Source: Acidimicrobiia bacterium
GTDB taxonomy: Bacteria; Actinomycetota; Acidimicrobiia; Acidimicrobiales; JANYDT01
Reading direction: 5' to 3'
NCBI GenBank assembly: GCA_031383405.1
Contig: JANMZO010000145.1
Coordinates: 1,244 to 65,243 of the forward strand
Length of the DNA: 64,000 nucleotides
In this document: positions 33,763 to 43,516 of the stretch, in pieces
How positions within the stretch are numbered: position 1 is the first letter of the stretch
Layout of the letters: each line of letters opens with the position of its first letter
The notes under the pieces: model-generated
Database searches by the model: none
Told to the model about the DNA's origin: nothing
The model's input: the letters and a program-made list of their open reading frames with translations, nothing else
Made by a program: the position numbers and the translations under genes

Positions 33763-35076
33763 GTGCGAGATCAACTGTTCGACGCCCTCGTCGCGGAAAC
33801 CGCATCGCTGGCCGGGGAATTCACGAACGCCGGAAAGTCCCTTTACCTTGTCGGTGGCATCGTTCGCGACACCCTGTTGGGTCGGGTGCGCGCCGAACTC
33901 GATATCGACTTCACGACAAACGCCGAACCCGACGAAATCGAATCGATTGTGCGTCGCACCAGCCCGACGGCACTGTGGACGCAGGGCAAGCGCTTCGGCA
34001 CAATCGGGGCAACGTTTGTAGGACCCAACGGGCCGAGAGCGGTGGAGATCACCACCCATAGAGCCGAGCAGTATCACGACGACTCTCGCAAACCCGAGGT
34101 CCGATTTTCGACCGACATCACGCTTGACCTTTCCCGGCGCGATTTTACGGTAAACGCAATGGCCTTCGATCTGCGCGATCTCCGGCTGCTCGATCCGTTC
34201 GGCGGGGAAGAGGATCTGAGGGCCCGGGTACTTCGGACACCGCTGTCCCCGGAAATCAGCTTTCGTGACGATCCGCTCCGCATGCTTCGCGCCGCCCGGT
34301 TCATAGCGGCACTGGCGCTGACCGCCGATCCGCCACTCACGGATGCGGTCATCAGTCATCGCGAGCGGATGGCGATCATCTCGGCTGAACGGATCCGGGG
34401 TGAGCTGGGGAAACTACTCACGCTCGAGGACCCATCAGACGGTCTTCGGTTCCTCTCCAGTACCGGACTGGTCTCGACATTCCTGCCCGAGCTCTCAATT
34501 GGAGACCTCCAACGGAGGACGGCCCGGATCCTGGCTATGGAACCCACCTGGGAGCGTCGGTTCACGGCGCTGCTGTTCGGTGCCTTTGCCTCAGAAGCGG
34601 TGGCACGATCTCGTCTGCGTGCATTGAAGTGCTCGGTCGACGAGGAGACCCTTGTAGTGAAGATCCATCGGCTCGGGAGCGTTGAGTTGGCCGATGCCGT
34701 CGAGCACGACAGCGCCGCGCGGAGGCTCGTCTACCGAGCAGGTTCGGAACTTGATCTGTTTCTGTCACTTCAACGTGCAGATGCCGTCGCGCGTATGGCC
34801 GCCGGCGATCATGATGCCGAAGCCGTGCGACTGGTTGTCGATGCGCTTCGACTGAAGTTGAAATCGTTGGCGAGGATGGGTGAGCTCGACGAACTTGGCC
34901 CCGCCCTGAATGGCGAAGAAGTCATGGATCTTCTCGGTTTGTCGCCGGGTCGCGAAGTTGGCGAGGCCCTGGCGATGCTCCTTGATCTACGACTCGATGA
35001 GGGTCAACTCCCGCGACCGGAAGTTGAGCGTCGCTTGATGGAGTGGTTCGACCGGCACCTTTCCGAGCGGGGCTGA
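33763..35076 (+). CDS. cca: CCA-adding tRNA nucleotidyltransferase / poly(A) polymerase family (PcnA-like)
   Basis: 'LYLVGGIVRDTLLGR...LDIDFTT' and 'RDFTVNAMA'. Its position matches Rv3907c. Confidence 0.88.
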   Translation: MRDQLFDALVAETASLAGEFTNAGKSLYLVGGIVRDTLLGRVRAELDIDFTTNAEPDEIESIVRRTSPTALWTQGKRFGTIGATFVGPNGPRAVEITTHRAEQYHDDSRKPEVRFSTDITLDLSRRDFTVNAMAFDLRDLRLLDPFGGEEDLRARVLRTPLSPEISFRDDPLRMLRAARFIAALALTADPPLTDAVISHRERMAIISAERIRGELGKLLTLEDPSDGLRFLSSTGLVSTFLPELSIGDLQRRTARILAMEPTWERRFTALLFGAFASEAVARSRLRALKCSVDEETLVVKIHRLGSVELADAVEHDSAARRLVYRAGSELDLFLSLQRADAVARMAAGDHDAEAVRLVVDALRLKLKSLARMGELDELGPALNGEEVMDLLGLSPGREVGEALAMLLDLRLDEGQLPRPEVERRLMEWFDRHLSERG

Positions 35077-35078
35077 CG

Positions 35079-35672
35079 GTGCGGTTTCTTGTCGTTCACT
35101 GCCATCCCGATCCGAACAGTTTCAATCGAGCGTTGTGCGATGCCGTGATGGAGGGTTTGGACGCGGCGGGCCATGAGGTCAATCTCATTGATCTGTACGC
35201 AGATCAATTCGACGCCCGCATGTCGTTTGCCGAACGCGCCGCGTACGAAGGTCCGAACCCAATTCTCGACCCGATGGTCGAACGGTATGCTGGCTTAGTA
35301 AAATCATCTCAGGGCTTAGTGTTTGTATACCCGACCTGGTGGTGGGGCCTGCCGGCGATCCTAAAAGGGTTCTTGGATCGCGTCCTCGTGCCGGGAGTTT
35401 CGTTCTCGCTCGATCCGAAGACGAACAAGGTGGTTCCCGGTCTGGCTCACGTCCAACGCATCGTCGGCGTATCCACATATGGATCATCATGGGCGTCGAT
35501 GCGCCTGTTCAATGACGCCGGCCGGCGTCTTGTCATGCGCTGTGTCCGTGCACTTGCTCCGATGTTGCGCTGTCAGACAACGTGGATGGCGTTGTACCGC
35601 CTCGACCGTGCGACGCCGGAGCGACGCGAAGCGTTTGTTGCCAAGGTCCGACAGAAGATGAGCCGACTGTGA
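35079..35672 (+). CDS. Flavodoxin-like fold NAD(P)H:quinone oxidoreductase (paralogue 1)
   Basis: 'RFLVVHCHPDPNSFNRAL' and 'YPTWWWGLPAILKGFLDRV'. The likely start is GTG 35079; the track start is 35043. Confidence 0.75.
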   Translation: MRFLVVHCHPDPNSFNRALCDAVMEGLDAAGHEVNLIDLYADQFDARMSFAERAAYEGPNPILDPMVERYAGLVKSSQGLVFVYPTWWWGLPAILKGFLDRVLVPGVSFSLDPKTNKVVPGLAHVQRIVGVSTYGSSWASMRLFNDAGRRLVMRCVRALAPMLRCQTTWMALYRLDRATPERREAFVAKVRQKMSRL

Positions 35673-35701
35673 AGCGGTTTCGGGCGTCTCGACGGTCGAG
35701 G

Positions 35702-36289
35702 ATGTCCAGAGCCCTGGTGGTCTTCTGCCATCCGATGCGCGCGAGCTTTGTCGGAGCGATTTTCGACCGTTGCGTGGAGTCATTGCAAGGCTCGGGCGTT
35801 GAGGTTCGGGTACTTGATCTGTACGCAGATGATTTTCAACCCGTGCTTCCTCGGGCGGAGTGGCAGGCATACCACTCGGATGCGGCCATCGTTACCTCAC
35901 AGGTGCAGGCACACATCGACCTGCTTCGCTGGGCCGACGCGTTGGTCCTTGTGTACCCGACATGGTTCGGTTCACAGCCCGCCATGCTCAAGGGTTGGTT
36001 TGACCGCGTCTGGTTGCCCGGTGTGGCGTTCTCGCTGCCCAGGCGCTGGGGACCGCTTCGACCTCGTCTCGGCAACATAACGTCGTTTTCGGTCGTGACG
36101 ACGCACGGCTCGAGCAAGCTGCTGAACTCGGTACAGGGTGAACCCGGCAAACGGGTAGCGCTGCGCGGCCTGAGGACTCTCTGCCACTGGCGTTGTCGAA
36201 CGGACTGGATCGCCTTCTATGGCAATGACCAGGCCACAACTGCCTTACGCGAACGCTTCCTCGATCGGGTCGGGGACCACTTCCGCTGA
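35702..36289 (+). CDS. Flavodoxin-like fold NAD(P)H:quinone oxidoreductase (paralogue 2)
   Basis: 'MSRALVVFCHPMRASFVGAI' and 'YPTWFGSQPAMLKGWFDRV'. ATG 35702; the track ORF starts at 35582. Confidence 0.75.
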   Translation: MSRALVVFCHPMRASFVGAIFDRCVESLQGSGVEVRVLDLYADDFQPVLPRAEWQAYHSDAAIVTSQVQAHIDLLRWADALVLVYPTWFGSQPAMLKGWFDRVWLPGVAFSLPRRWGPLRPRLGNITSFSVVTTHGSSKLLNSVQGEPGKRVALRGLRTLCHWRCRTDWIAFYGNDQATTALRERFLDRVGDHFR

Positions 36290-36354
36290 GCGGAGAACCG
36301 AGCGGTCGCAGCAACGACAAATGAAGCACCCAGCGCCGCACTAGCCTTTCCCGA

Positions 36355-36777
36355 GTGTCATTTCGAGCTGACTCCGTTCGCGGCGTCCAGGAGAGTCGGC
36401 CGGGAGCGGTGGATTTTCGTTTGGTTCGCCGCCATCTCATCGCAGAGTACAAGCGCGGGCGGCTTTCGCGTATCGACGTTTGCGATGCGCACCCCGAGCT
36501 TCTCCGCGCTGCTGAAAACCTGGGTGAACCGGTCCCTGAACCGTGTCCGATCTGTGAGGGTGAGACGCTTGTCCATGTCTCTTACGTCTTCGGCCCGAGG
36601 CTCCCGGCTTACGGTCGTTGCGTTTCGAAGAAGTCGGAGTTGTCGGCTTTCTCGCGGCAACTGGGTGACTTCGTGTGTTACGTCGTTGAGGTGTGTGGTG
36701 AGTGCCGGTGGAACCACCTGGCCAAGTCGTACCATCTCGGTCGAAGCGTAGGTCGTTCCCAAACAGATGCGACCTGA
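36355..36777 (+). CDS. DUF5318-type small Cys-rich protein
   Basis: 'VDFRLVRRHLIAEYKRGRLSRIDVCDAHPELLRAA...CPICEG...CGECRWNHL'. Its position upstream of a class A PBP matches other actinobacteria. Confidence 0.6.
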   Translation: MSFRADSVRGVQESRPGAVDFRLVRRHLIAEYKRGRLSRIDVCDAHPELLRAAENLGEPVPEPCPICEGETLVHVSYVFGPRLPAYGRCVSKKSELSAFSRQLGDFVCYVVEVCGECRWNHLAKSYHLGRSVGRSQTDAT

Positions 36778-36884
36778 CAAGTCCGCTTCGAGCTTCGACA
36801 TCTGTGAATGCGGTTCGCGTCACCGACGTTGTCGTGGCGATTCCGCTCCAGTAACACCCGGACACAGAGGTCGGTGATCTGCCT

Positions 36885-39119
36885 ATGAGACGCTTCGGTC
36901 GAATAGCGGTTCGGTTGTTCGCGGCCTTTTTGGTGTTCGGCGTCGCCATGGTGATTGTCGGAGCGGTCTACGTGTGGAGTGTCGATCTTCCTCCCGATCA
37001 GGTGCCGGTGCAGACCTCGTTCATCTACGACCGCCACCACACGCTGATCGCCGAGCTGTCGAACGGAGAGAACCGCCAATCGGTCTCACTTTCGCAGGTG
37101 CCACCGATCCTGGTCGAGGCAGTGATCGCCGCCGAAGATCGCCGCTTCTACGAACACAGTGGGGTGGATCCGATCGGGATCGTCCGCGCGGTGGCACAGG
37201 ATCTTCGGCAGCCGAACCGTCGTCAGGGCGGCTCGACGATTACCCAGCAGTACGTGAAGAATGTGTACGTGGGTCGGGAGTTGACGCTTCGTCGAAAGCT
37301 CCGCGAAGCAGCCATCGCAGTGAAGCTCGAACGACGACTTTCCAAAGATCAGATCCTCGAGCGTTATCTCAACACGATCTATTTCGGGCGCGGGGCCTAC
37401 GGGGTGCAACTGGCGGCCCAGGCCTATTTCGGAAAGAACGTCGAACAGATCGATCTGGCCGAGGCGGCCTACCTGGCGGCGTTGATCCGCGGCCCGGAGT
37501 CGACTGATGCGTCGCGCAATGAGGAGAAGGCCCGTCGTCGCCGTTCGTCGGTATTGTCGGCGATGGTGGACACCGGATCCATTTCGGCGGCGCAGGCGGC
37601 CGACGCTGAGCTTCGGCCCTTGACCGGGCCGGACGGTGTCGTCGAGAGAACGCGTCGAACTTCGTACAGCCGTCCGGAGGCCGGGGCCGAGTTCTTTGTC
37701 GACCTGGTGAAGCGCGACCTGATCGCGCGCTTCGGCGAAGCCGTCGTTACCGCGGGTGGTCTGAAGGTGACGACGACGCTCGATCTCGACCTGCAGGCCA
37801 GAGCGCGCAAGGCCGTGTTTGCGAAGATGCTGCCAAAGATCGACGACCCCGACGCTGCGGTGGTCACCCTCAATCACGCTGGCGAGGTGCTGGTACTTGT
37901 GGGTGGTCGCGACTTCAACAGGTCGCAGGTCAACCTGGCTGTCGGCTCCGGTGGCGGAGGCCGGGGGCGGGCCGCCGGATCCGCATTCAAGCCATTTGTG
38001 GCGGCGGCAATGTTGCGGGCCGGCTATTCGATGGAATCGGCGTTCAAAGCTCCTGCGTCGATCACCATCGACGGGGCCGATGTGGGGGGTGCACCGTGGA
38101 ACGTGGCGAACTACGAGGATCGGAGCTATCCGACGCTCAACGTGAACGATGCGATGCGCCAGTCGGTCAACACGGTTTTCGCGCAAATTGTCACCAACGC
38201 AGGGATGGGATCGCGGCGGGTTGTCGATGAAGCCAGGATGCTTGGCATTACCTCACCGTTGAACCCGGTCGACAGCATCGCTCTCGGTACGCAGAATGTC
38301 GGCCCGCTCGAGATGGCCGACGCCTACCTCACGTTCGCCAATAGGGGGATGCGCAGGGATCCGAGCGTTCTGCGCGCCGTGACCGGGTCTGATGGCAACA
38401 GCCTGAAAGTGCGCCCCGCGGAGCCGCAACGGGTCATGAAAGCGCGCGACGCTGACGTGATCAACCGCATGCTCGTGAACGTGGTTACCGGCGGGACCGG
38501 TGTGGCGGCCAGGGCCAAGGGCATGACCGTCGCCGGAAAGACGGGCACGACGAATGACTACAACGACGCCTGGTTCGTGGGGTATACGCCGGGTTCTGAT
38601 TCGCCCGAGGAGTGTTGCGTGATGGCGATCTGGATGGGCTACGCCAACGGCGATCGACAGATGGCCAACGTGGAGGGCCGGAGCGTGACAGGTGGGTCAT
38701 ATCCGGCAGAGCTCTTTTCCCGAATCCTGGTCGCCGCTCGAGACGGTGCACCAACGGGTTCGTTCGCCCCGGTACCGCGCTACCGCGGGGAACTCCTGGG
38801 CGGGTCGCGTCGCCGTATTCAGCTCGATGCCGGTCCGGCCGATGCCGTGGCCGACACCTCGTTGGTCGACCCGCTGAGCGCAGCGGACCCGGTGGTCGCG
38901 CCGACGACCGCTGGCGCTACGCCCATCGAACCGACGCTGCCGCCGGTGTCGGTGTCGGTGTCGGTCGTCGACGGCTCGGAGCCGATGCCGGTCGAAGCAC
39001 CGACAAATGGTGTGCCCGACGCGGTGGCGACGCCGGAACCGACGGCCGCGACAATTCCCCCACCCGCAAAGGTGCCCCGGGTCGCCGTCACCAATCCCAC
39101 GGTGACCGGGCTGGGTTGA
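36885..39119 (+). CDS. Class A penicillin-binding protein (transglycosylase/transpeptidase, PonA-like)
   Basis: GT51 motifs 'EDRRFYEHSGVD' and 'GGSTITQQYVKN'. Transpeptidase motifs 'SAFKPF', 'SVN' and 'KTGTT'. N-terminal TM helix and a Pro-rich tail. Confidence 0.93.
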   Translation: MRRFGRIAVRLFAAFLVFGVAMVIVGAVYVWSVDLPPDQVPVQTSFIYDRHHTLIAELSNGENRQSVSLSQVPPILVEAVIAAEDRRFYEHSGVDPIGIVRAVAQDLRQPNRRQGGSTITQQYVKNVYVGRELTLRRKLREAAIAVKLERRLSKDQILERYLNTIYFGRGAYGVQLAAQAYFGKNVEQIDLAEAAYLAALIRGPESTDASRNEEKARRRRSSVLSAMVDTGSISAAQAADAELRPLTGPDGVVERTRRTSYSRPEAGAEFFVDLVKRDLIARFGEAVVTAGGLKVTTTLDLDLQARARKAVFAKMLPKIDDPDAAVVTLNHAGEVLVLVGGRDFNRSQVNLAVGSGGGGRGRAAGSAFKPFVAAAMLRAGYSMESAFKAPASITIDGADVGGAPWNVANYEDRSYPTLNVNDAMRQSVNTVFAQIVTNAGMGSRRVVDEARMLGITSPLNPVDSIALGTQNVGPLEMADAYLTFANRGMRRDPSVLRAVTGSDGNSLKVRPAEPQRVMKARDADVINRMLVNVVTGGTGVAARAKGMTVAGKTGTTNDYNDAWFVGYTPGSDSPEECCVMAIWMGYANGDRQMANVEGRSVTGGSYPAELFSRILVAARDGAPTGSFAPVPRYRGELLGGSRRRIQLDAGPADAVADTSLVDPLSAADPVVAPTTAGATPIEPTLPPVSVSVSVVDGSEPMPVEAPTNGVPDAVATPEPTAATIPPPAKVPRVAVTNPTVTGLG

Positions 39120-39121
39120 CG

Positions 39122-39157
39122 GTGGATGGCTGGGTGGATGGCTGGGTCGATGGCTGG
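39122..39157. repeat. 3 x 12-bp tandem repeat just after the PBP stop
   Basis: GTGGATGGCTGG GTGGATGGCTGG GTCGATGGCTGG. Confidence 0.85.
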
Positions 39158-39334
39158 GTGGAACCGCTTGTCGTGCGCGTCGCAGTCCCCCCACGGTCGG
39201 CCGGGTGAGCGGTCGCGTTTCCCGGCGGAAAGGTTTCCGGGCGCAAGTTGAACGGCATCTGGACATCTGCTTAGATTCGTAGTGCTGCCGGCAGCCATAT
39301 TGGCGCTGGACGGTTAGAAAGGACAGGTGTTCCC

Positions 39335-40324
39335 GTGAACGCCTCACACATTCCTTCAGCTCCGCTGAAGCCCGCCCGTCGTTGGACCGCCCCGTCGGTC
39401 CAAGCCCGCAAGACCGACACTCAAGGTGTCGCCTCACGACTCGTGATGGTCACGGCCTACGATGCCCCGAGCGCCAAAATTGCCCACCGGGCCGGTGCCG
39501 ACATGATCCTCGTTGGTGACTCGCTCGCCATGGTTGTTCTCGGTTACGACGACACCCTTCAGGTGACAACCGCCGACATGGCCCACCACACCGCTGCAGT
39601 TTCTCGAGGTCTCATTGCCTCTGAACTGGCCGGATGCCCCAACGGGCGTCCACTGATCGTCGGCGATATGCCTTGGATGAGCTACCACACCAGCATCGAC
39701 GACGCCGTCACCAACGCGGCCACGCTGCTTCGGGCCGGTGCCGGGTGCGTGAAGTTGGAAGGGGGTCGGAAGCGGCTCCCCGTCATCCGGGCGATCCTCG
39801 ACGCCGAGATTCCGGTCATGGGTCATATCGGTCTGACGCCGCAGTCGGTCAATACCCTTGGGGGATTCAAGGTTCAGGGCAAGCAACTCGAAGCGGCCCA
39901 GGACCTCATTGCCGACGCCAAAGCTCTTGCCGAAGCCGGTTGCTTCGCGATTGTATTGGAAGCGGTGCCCGACGCTTTGGCCAAAGCCATCACCGACTCG
40001 ATCGACATTCCGACGATCGGTATTGGCGCCGGACCGCATTGCGACGGTCAGGTTCTTGTGTGGCACGACCTGCTCGGTATCGAGGACCGCATCCTCCCCA
40101 AGTTCGTACGTCGTTACGCGAACGTGGCTGCCGATGCCGAAGCTGCGGTAGCGGCCTATGCCGCCGACGTGCGCACGGGGGCGTTCCCTACCGCGCAGGA
40201 AAGCTACGCCGCCACGCCGGAACTTGTTGATGCGCTCCGCAACGTGTCAGCCGCTCGAATCGAAGAAGCGACCCTGGCATCCGATGTCGAAGAGTTCCTG
40301 ATCAGTCTCTACGGTTCGAAGTAG
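39335..40324 (+). CDS. panB: 3-methyl-2-oxobutanoate hydroxymethyltransferase
   Basis: 'VTAYDAPSAKIAHRAGADMILVGDSLAMVVLGYDDTLQVT' and 'VKLEGG'. GTG start after GAAAGGA. Confidence 0.92.
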   Translation: MNASHIPSAPLKPARRWTAPSVQARKTDTQGVASRLVMVTAYDAPSAKIAHRAGADMILVGDSLAMVVLGYDDTLQVTTADMAHHTAAVSRGLIASELAGCPNGRPLIVGDMPWMSYHTSIDDAVTNAATLLRAGAGCVKLEGGRKRLPVIRAILDAEIPVMGHIGLTPQSVNTLGGFKVQGKQLEAAQDLIADAKALAEAGCFAIVLEAVPDALAKAITDSIDIPTIGIGAGPHCDGQVLVWHDLLGIEDRILPKFVRRYANVAADAEAAVAAYAADVRTGAFPTAQESYAATPELVDALRNVSAARIEEATLASDVEEFLISLYGSK

Positions 40325-40421
40325 CTCATCGTCTCGCGGTTGGGCTAGCGCTCGCTGCGAGCGGGGCGTCGGGACCCGTAACCGGCCGCGGCAGAACCGG
40401 CGATGTGCAAGCATCAGGGTC

Positions 40422-41276
40422 GTGAAGGCGTGGTCTCCAAGGCTTTTTCGGGTGCGGTACATCCCGACGGCGGTGCTTGTCGCGGCGGTTCTCACGAACT
40501 GCGCCTCGGCGACGACGAGTTTGGCAACCGAGCCGGTGTCTTCGGTGTCTTCGGTGTCTTCACCGCCAATTGCGTTGACGTTGGCCGTCGTGAAGCAGTT
40601 CCCCCGGGATACGACGTGCTTCCTTGAAGGATTCCAGTGGACGCCGACAGTCGCCGGAGGAGGCTTCTACGAGTCGTGCGGGCAAACTGGCGCGTCCACG
40701 ATGCGAATCACCAACCTGAAGGGCCAGGTCCTCAAGAAGGTGGCCGTTCCCGACGTGTTTGCCGAGGGCACCGTCCGGCTGGGTGATCGGCTCTACCAGT
40801 TGACCTGGCGGGAGCGGGTCGTGTTCGTGCGGAATCCGGTGACCCTGGCTGTCCTCGAAACCCGGGCCCTACCGAAGGAGATTGGTGAAGGTTGGGGAAT
40901 GACCACGATCGGCTCTGAACTCGTCGTGAGCGACGGGACGTCTCGCATCTACTTCGTCGACCCGAAAGGGTGGAAGGTGACGCGTACGATGTCTGTGAGT
41001 TCTGCCGGTTTGCCAATCGATCAGCTCAACGAGTTGGAGTTGATCAACGGGCAGCTATGGGCGAACGTGTGGAGAACCGAGGCAATTGTCGTGATCAACC
41101 CGGCAAATGGGCAGGTCAGCGCAAACGTTTCGTTATCCGGCCTGCGGCCCCGGTCGACGAACGCCGACCCCGAGGCCGTGGCCAACGGGATTGCCTTCGA
41201 CCCGAAAACGAAACGGATCTTCATTACCGGCAAGAACTGGCCGGTCCTCTACCAGGTAAAGACCCAGGCGGTCTGA
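40422..41276 (+). CDS. Glutamine cyclotransferase (beta-propeller type), lipoprotein-like signal
   Basis: 'CFLEGFQW', 'FAEGTVRLGDRLYQLTWRE', 'EGWGMTT', 'NELELINGQLWANVW' and a lipobox-like 'LTNCAS'. Confidence 0.8.
   Translation: MKAWSPRLFRVRYIPTAVLVAAVLTNCASATTSLATEPVSSVSSVSSPPIALTLAVVKQFPRDTTCFLEGFQWTPTVAGGGFYESCGQTGASTMRITNLKGQVLKKVAVPDVFAEGTVRLGDRLYQLTWRERVVFVRNPVTLAVLETRALPKEIGEGWGMTTIGSELVVSDGTSRIYFVDPKGWKVTRTMSVSSAGLPIDQLNELELINGQLWANVWRTEAIVVINPANGQVSANVSLSGLRPRSTNADPEAVANGIAFDPKTKRIFITGKNWPVLYQVKTQAV
40535..40561. repeat. 3 x 9-bp in-frame repeat in the glutamine cyclotransferase signal/linker region
   Basis: (GGTGTCTTC)x3 encodes 'VSSVSSVSS'. Confidence 0.85.
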
Positions 41277-41294
41277 CCGAGCCAGGGTTTCAGG

Positions 41295-41333
41295 TGCTTG
41301 GTACGGGTGCCTGGTAATGGTGCTTGTTACGGG
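41295..41333. repeat. 3 x 13-bp tandem repeat between the cyclotransferase gene and rpsF
   Basis: TGCTTGGTACGGG TGCCTGGTAATGG TGCTTGTTACGGG. Confidence 0.85.
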
Positions 41334-41497
41334 CTCCGCGCGCGCCGACTACACTGGCCAACTAGCTCGCAAACAATCTTCCGTCCCGACTCCGCCCTCC
41401 GCGTAAACGGCTTCGAAGAACCAGATTGCGGGCCCCTGCGCCGGACCGTCCGGCGCCCTGCTCACGGGCAGGACCAGAGGGAGGTAAGGAACCGCCC

Positions 41498-41878
41498 ATG
41501 CGGGCCTACGAAGTCATGCTCATCATTGATACCGGGGTAGACGACGAAGTCGTCCAGAAGGTCATCAAACGCACCGCCGATCAGATCGTTTCCCTTGGTG
41601 GAACTCTCGGTCGCACCGAAAAATGGGGCCGCCGCAAGCTGGCCTACGAAATCAAGACCGACAAGAAGAAGCACAACGACGGTTATTACACGTTGATCGA
41701 GTTCACGGCAGAGCCGGTGCAGATCAAGGAACTCGACCGTACGCTGCGTCTCACCGACGAACTTGTGCGGCACAAGGTCCTTCTTGTTCCGACGGCAGGA
41801 GCGGGCCGCTCGTTGGCCGCACCGCCTGCCCTCGACGACATCGCATCCGGTGGCGGTCGCGACCGCGATCGCGATTAA
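41498..41878 (+). CDS. rpsF: 30S ribosomal protein S6
   Basis: ATG 41498 after GGGAGG, reading 'MRAYEVMLIIDTG...KWGRRKLAYEI'. The track ORF starts at 41426. Confidence 0.93.
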   Translation: MRAYEVMLIIDTGVDDEVVQKVIKRTADQIVSLGGTLGRTEKWGRRKLAYEIKTDKKKHNDGYYTLIEFTAEPVQIKELDRTLRLTDELVRHKVLLVPTAGAGRSLAAPPALDDIASGGGRDRDRD

Positions 41879-41914
41879 CACCCTAACCACGCACCCAACC
41901 CACGAGGTTCGACC

Positions 41915-42460
41915 ATGTCAGGAAACAACATCACCATTGTTGGCAATGTGACCCGCGACCCCGAGTTGCGCTTCACCGCCAGTGGCCAAGCAACAGCAAC
42001 GTTCGGAATCGCCGTGAATCGTCGCTGGCAGAATCGCCAGACGAACGAATGGGAAGAAGCGGTCAGCTTCTTCAACGTCGTGACGTGGCGCGAACTGGCG
42101 GAAAATGCCGCCGAGTCGCTCCACAAAGGGACCCGCGTCCTCGTTTCCGGTCGGCTTGAACAGCGGTCGTGGGAAACCCCCGACGGCGAGAAGAAGACCG
42201 TTGTCGACATCGTGGCTGATGAAGTCGGACCCAGCTTGCGCTGGGCGTCGGCGCAGATCGTCCGCAATGAACGTCGGGGTGGCGAAGGTGGCCCCCAGGG
42301 TGGACAGGGTGGACAACAAGGTGGACAGGGCGGCTCCGGTGGTGCTCCGCAAGGACGTTCCGGTGGTGGCGGCGGACAAGGATCAACAGGCGGCTACAGC
42401 CGGCCGGCACCCGCTGCCGCGCCCGCTGCTGGCTATGACTATGACGAAGAGCCGTTCTGA
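41915..42460 (+). CDS. ssb: Single-stranded DNA-binding protein
   Basis: OB fold 'NNITIVGNVTRDPELRFTASGQATATFGIAVNRRW', a Gly-rich linker, and the acidic tip 'YDYDEEPF'. Confidence 0.95.
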   Translation: MSGNNITIVGNVTRDPELRFTASGQATATFGIAVNRRWQNRQTNEWEEAVSFFNVVTWRELAENAAESLHKGTRVLVSGRLEQRSWETPDGEKKTVVDIVADEVGPSLRWASAQIVRNERRGGEGGPQGGQGGQQGGQGGSGGAPQGRSGGGGGQGSTGGYSRPAPAAAPAAGYDYDEEPF

Positions 42461-42506
42461 CGCCTCCGAGGCGACAGAACGAGAAACCCAGGAGTGACTG
42501 AAAGAA

Positions 42507-42914
42507 ATGGCACGTAATAACGACCGAGATCGCGGAACAACGAAGCGAGCTCCCAAAGATGACAAGCGTCGTGTACTGAAGAAGAAGCCGGCGCCCATCG
42601 TCGTCGGCACGTACATCGACTACAAGGACATCAACCTGCTCCGCAAGTTCATGTCCGACCGAGGCAAGATCCGCGCTCGCCGCGTTTCTGGTCTGTCCAC
42701 GCAGATTCAGCGCGATGTCGCCATCGCCATCAAGACGGCCCGTGAGCTTGCGTTGCTGCCCTACGCGACGCGCACTACGAGCGAAGGCCGCGGTCCTCGC
42801 GGTGGACGCGGCCCGCGCCGGGACAAGGATGCGCCGGCCGAGTCCGATACCGGGTTGGAAGATACCTACGGGTCGCCTGACGACGCGGCTGACGATGCAG
42901 AAGGGGGGGCGTAG
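42507..42914 (+). CDS. rpsR: 30S ribosomal protein S18 with extended termini
   Basis: Core '[51 protein letters not shown]'. At 135 aa it is longer than the usual length of about 75-90 aa. Confidence 0.9.
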   Translation: MARNNDRDRGTTKRAPKDDKRRVLKKKPAPIVVGTYIDYKDINLLRKFMSDRGKIRARRVSGLSTQIQRDVAIAIKTARELALLPYATRTTSEGRGPRGGRGPRRDKDAPAESDTGLEDTYGSPDDAADDAEGGA

Positions 42915-42917
42915 ATC

Positions 42918-43367
42918 ATGGCCGTCAAAGTCATTCTCCGTTCCGATGTCGCCGGCATTGGCAAACGCGGCGACATCACCGATGTTTCCGATGGCTACGC
43001 GCGTAACTTCCTGCTTCCCCGCGGTCTGGCCATGCCCGCCTCGGCCGGCACGGTCGAACAGGCCGCGAAGATGCGCAAGTCCCGTGACATGAAAGACGCC
43101 AAGGACCGTGGTTCGGCGGAGACGATCGCCCGGGAGCTCGTTGCTTCCACAATTGCGGTGTCGAGCAAAGCCCGCGACGGCAAGCTCTTCGGGTCGGTTA
43201 CGGCAGTGCAGATTGCCGAAGCCGTCAAGAAGCAGACGGGCGCCGTTATCGAAGCCCGTCAGATCCACCTCGAGGAGCACATCAAGACTCTTGGCATCCA
43301 TTCGGCGACGGTCAAGTTGCACCACGATGTGCAGTTCGCGCTGACCGTCGAGGTTTCCGCGCTGTGA
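42918..43367 (+). CDS. rplI: 50S ribosomal protein L9
   Basis: 'MAVKVILRSDVAGIGKRGDITDVSDGYARNFLLPRGLA'. Confidence 0.95.
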   Translation: MAVKVILRSDVAGIGKRGDITDVSDGYARNFLLPRGLAMPASAGTVEQAAKMRKSRDMKDAKDRGSAETIARELVASTIAVSSKARDGKLFGSVTAVQIAEAVKKQTGAVIEARQIHLEEHIKTLGIHSATVKLHHDVQFALTVEVSAL

Positions 43368-43410
43368 CCGACTGCGGTTGACCGCAGTTCGTAAGAAGAG
43401 TTACTACGAA

Positions 43411-43445
43411 GACGCCGACCCGAACGGGTCGGCGTCTTTCCATGT
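43411..43445 (+). terminator. Intrinsic terminator of the rpsF-rplI operon
   Basis: GACGCCGACCC-gaac-GGGTCGGCGTC (11-bp stem) followed by TTTCCATGTTTTC. Confidence 0.7.
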
Positions 43446-43481
43446 TTTCTGGGCCGTCTGGCTGATTATTCGCGAACGTTC

Positions 43482-43516
43482 GGATGTTTGTGCCCGCCCA
43501 GCGGGCACAAACATCC
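43482..43516. repeat. Long perfect palindrome (16-bp arms, 3-nt loop) upstream of dnaB
   Basis: GGATGTTTGTGCCCGC-cca-GCGGGCACAAACATCC, with imperfect complementarity extending to about 43471-43526. Confidence 0.9.

Noticed and set aside
33361-34359. 332-aa ORF antisense to the GNAT-cca spacer and the cca gene.
   Set aside because: It is a shadow ORF typical of high-GC DNA: Arg/Pro/Gly-rich with low complexity, no recognisable motifs, and overlapping a well-supported CCA-adding enzyme gene.
42072-43325. 417-aa ORF antisense to ssb-rpsR-rplI.
   Set aside because: It overlaps three highly conserved ribosomal/SSB genes and has an Arg-rich, nonsense-like composition. It is a shadow ORF.
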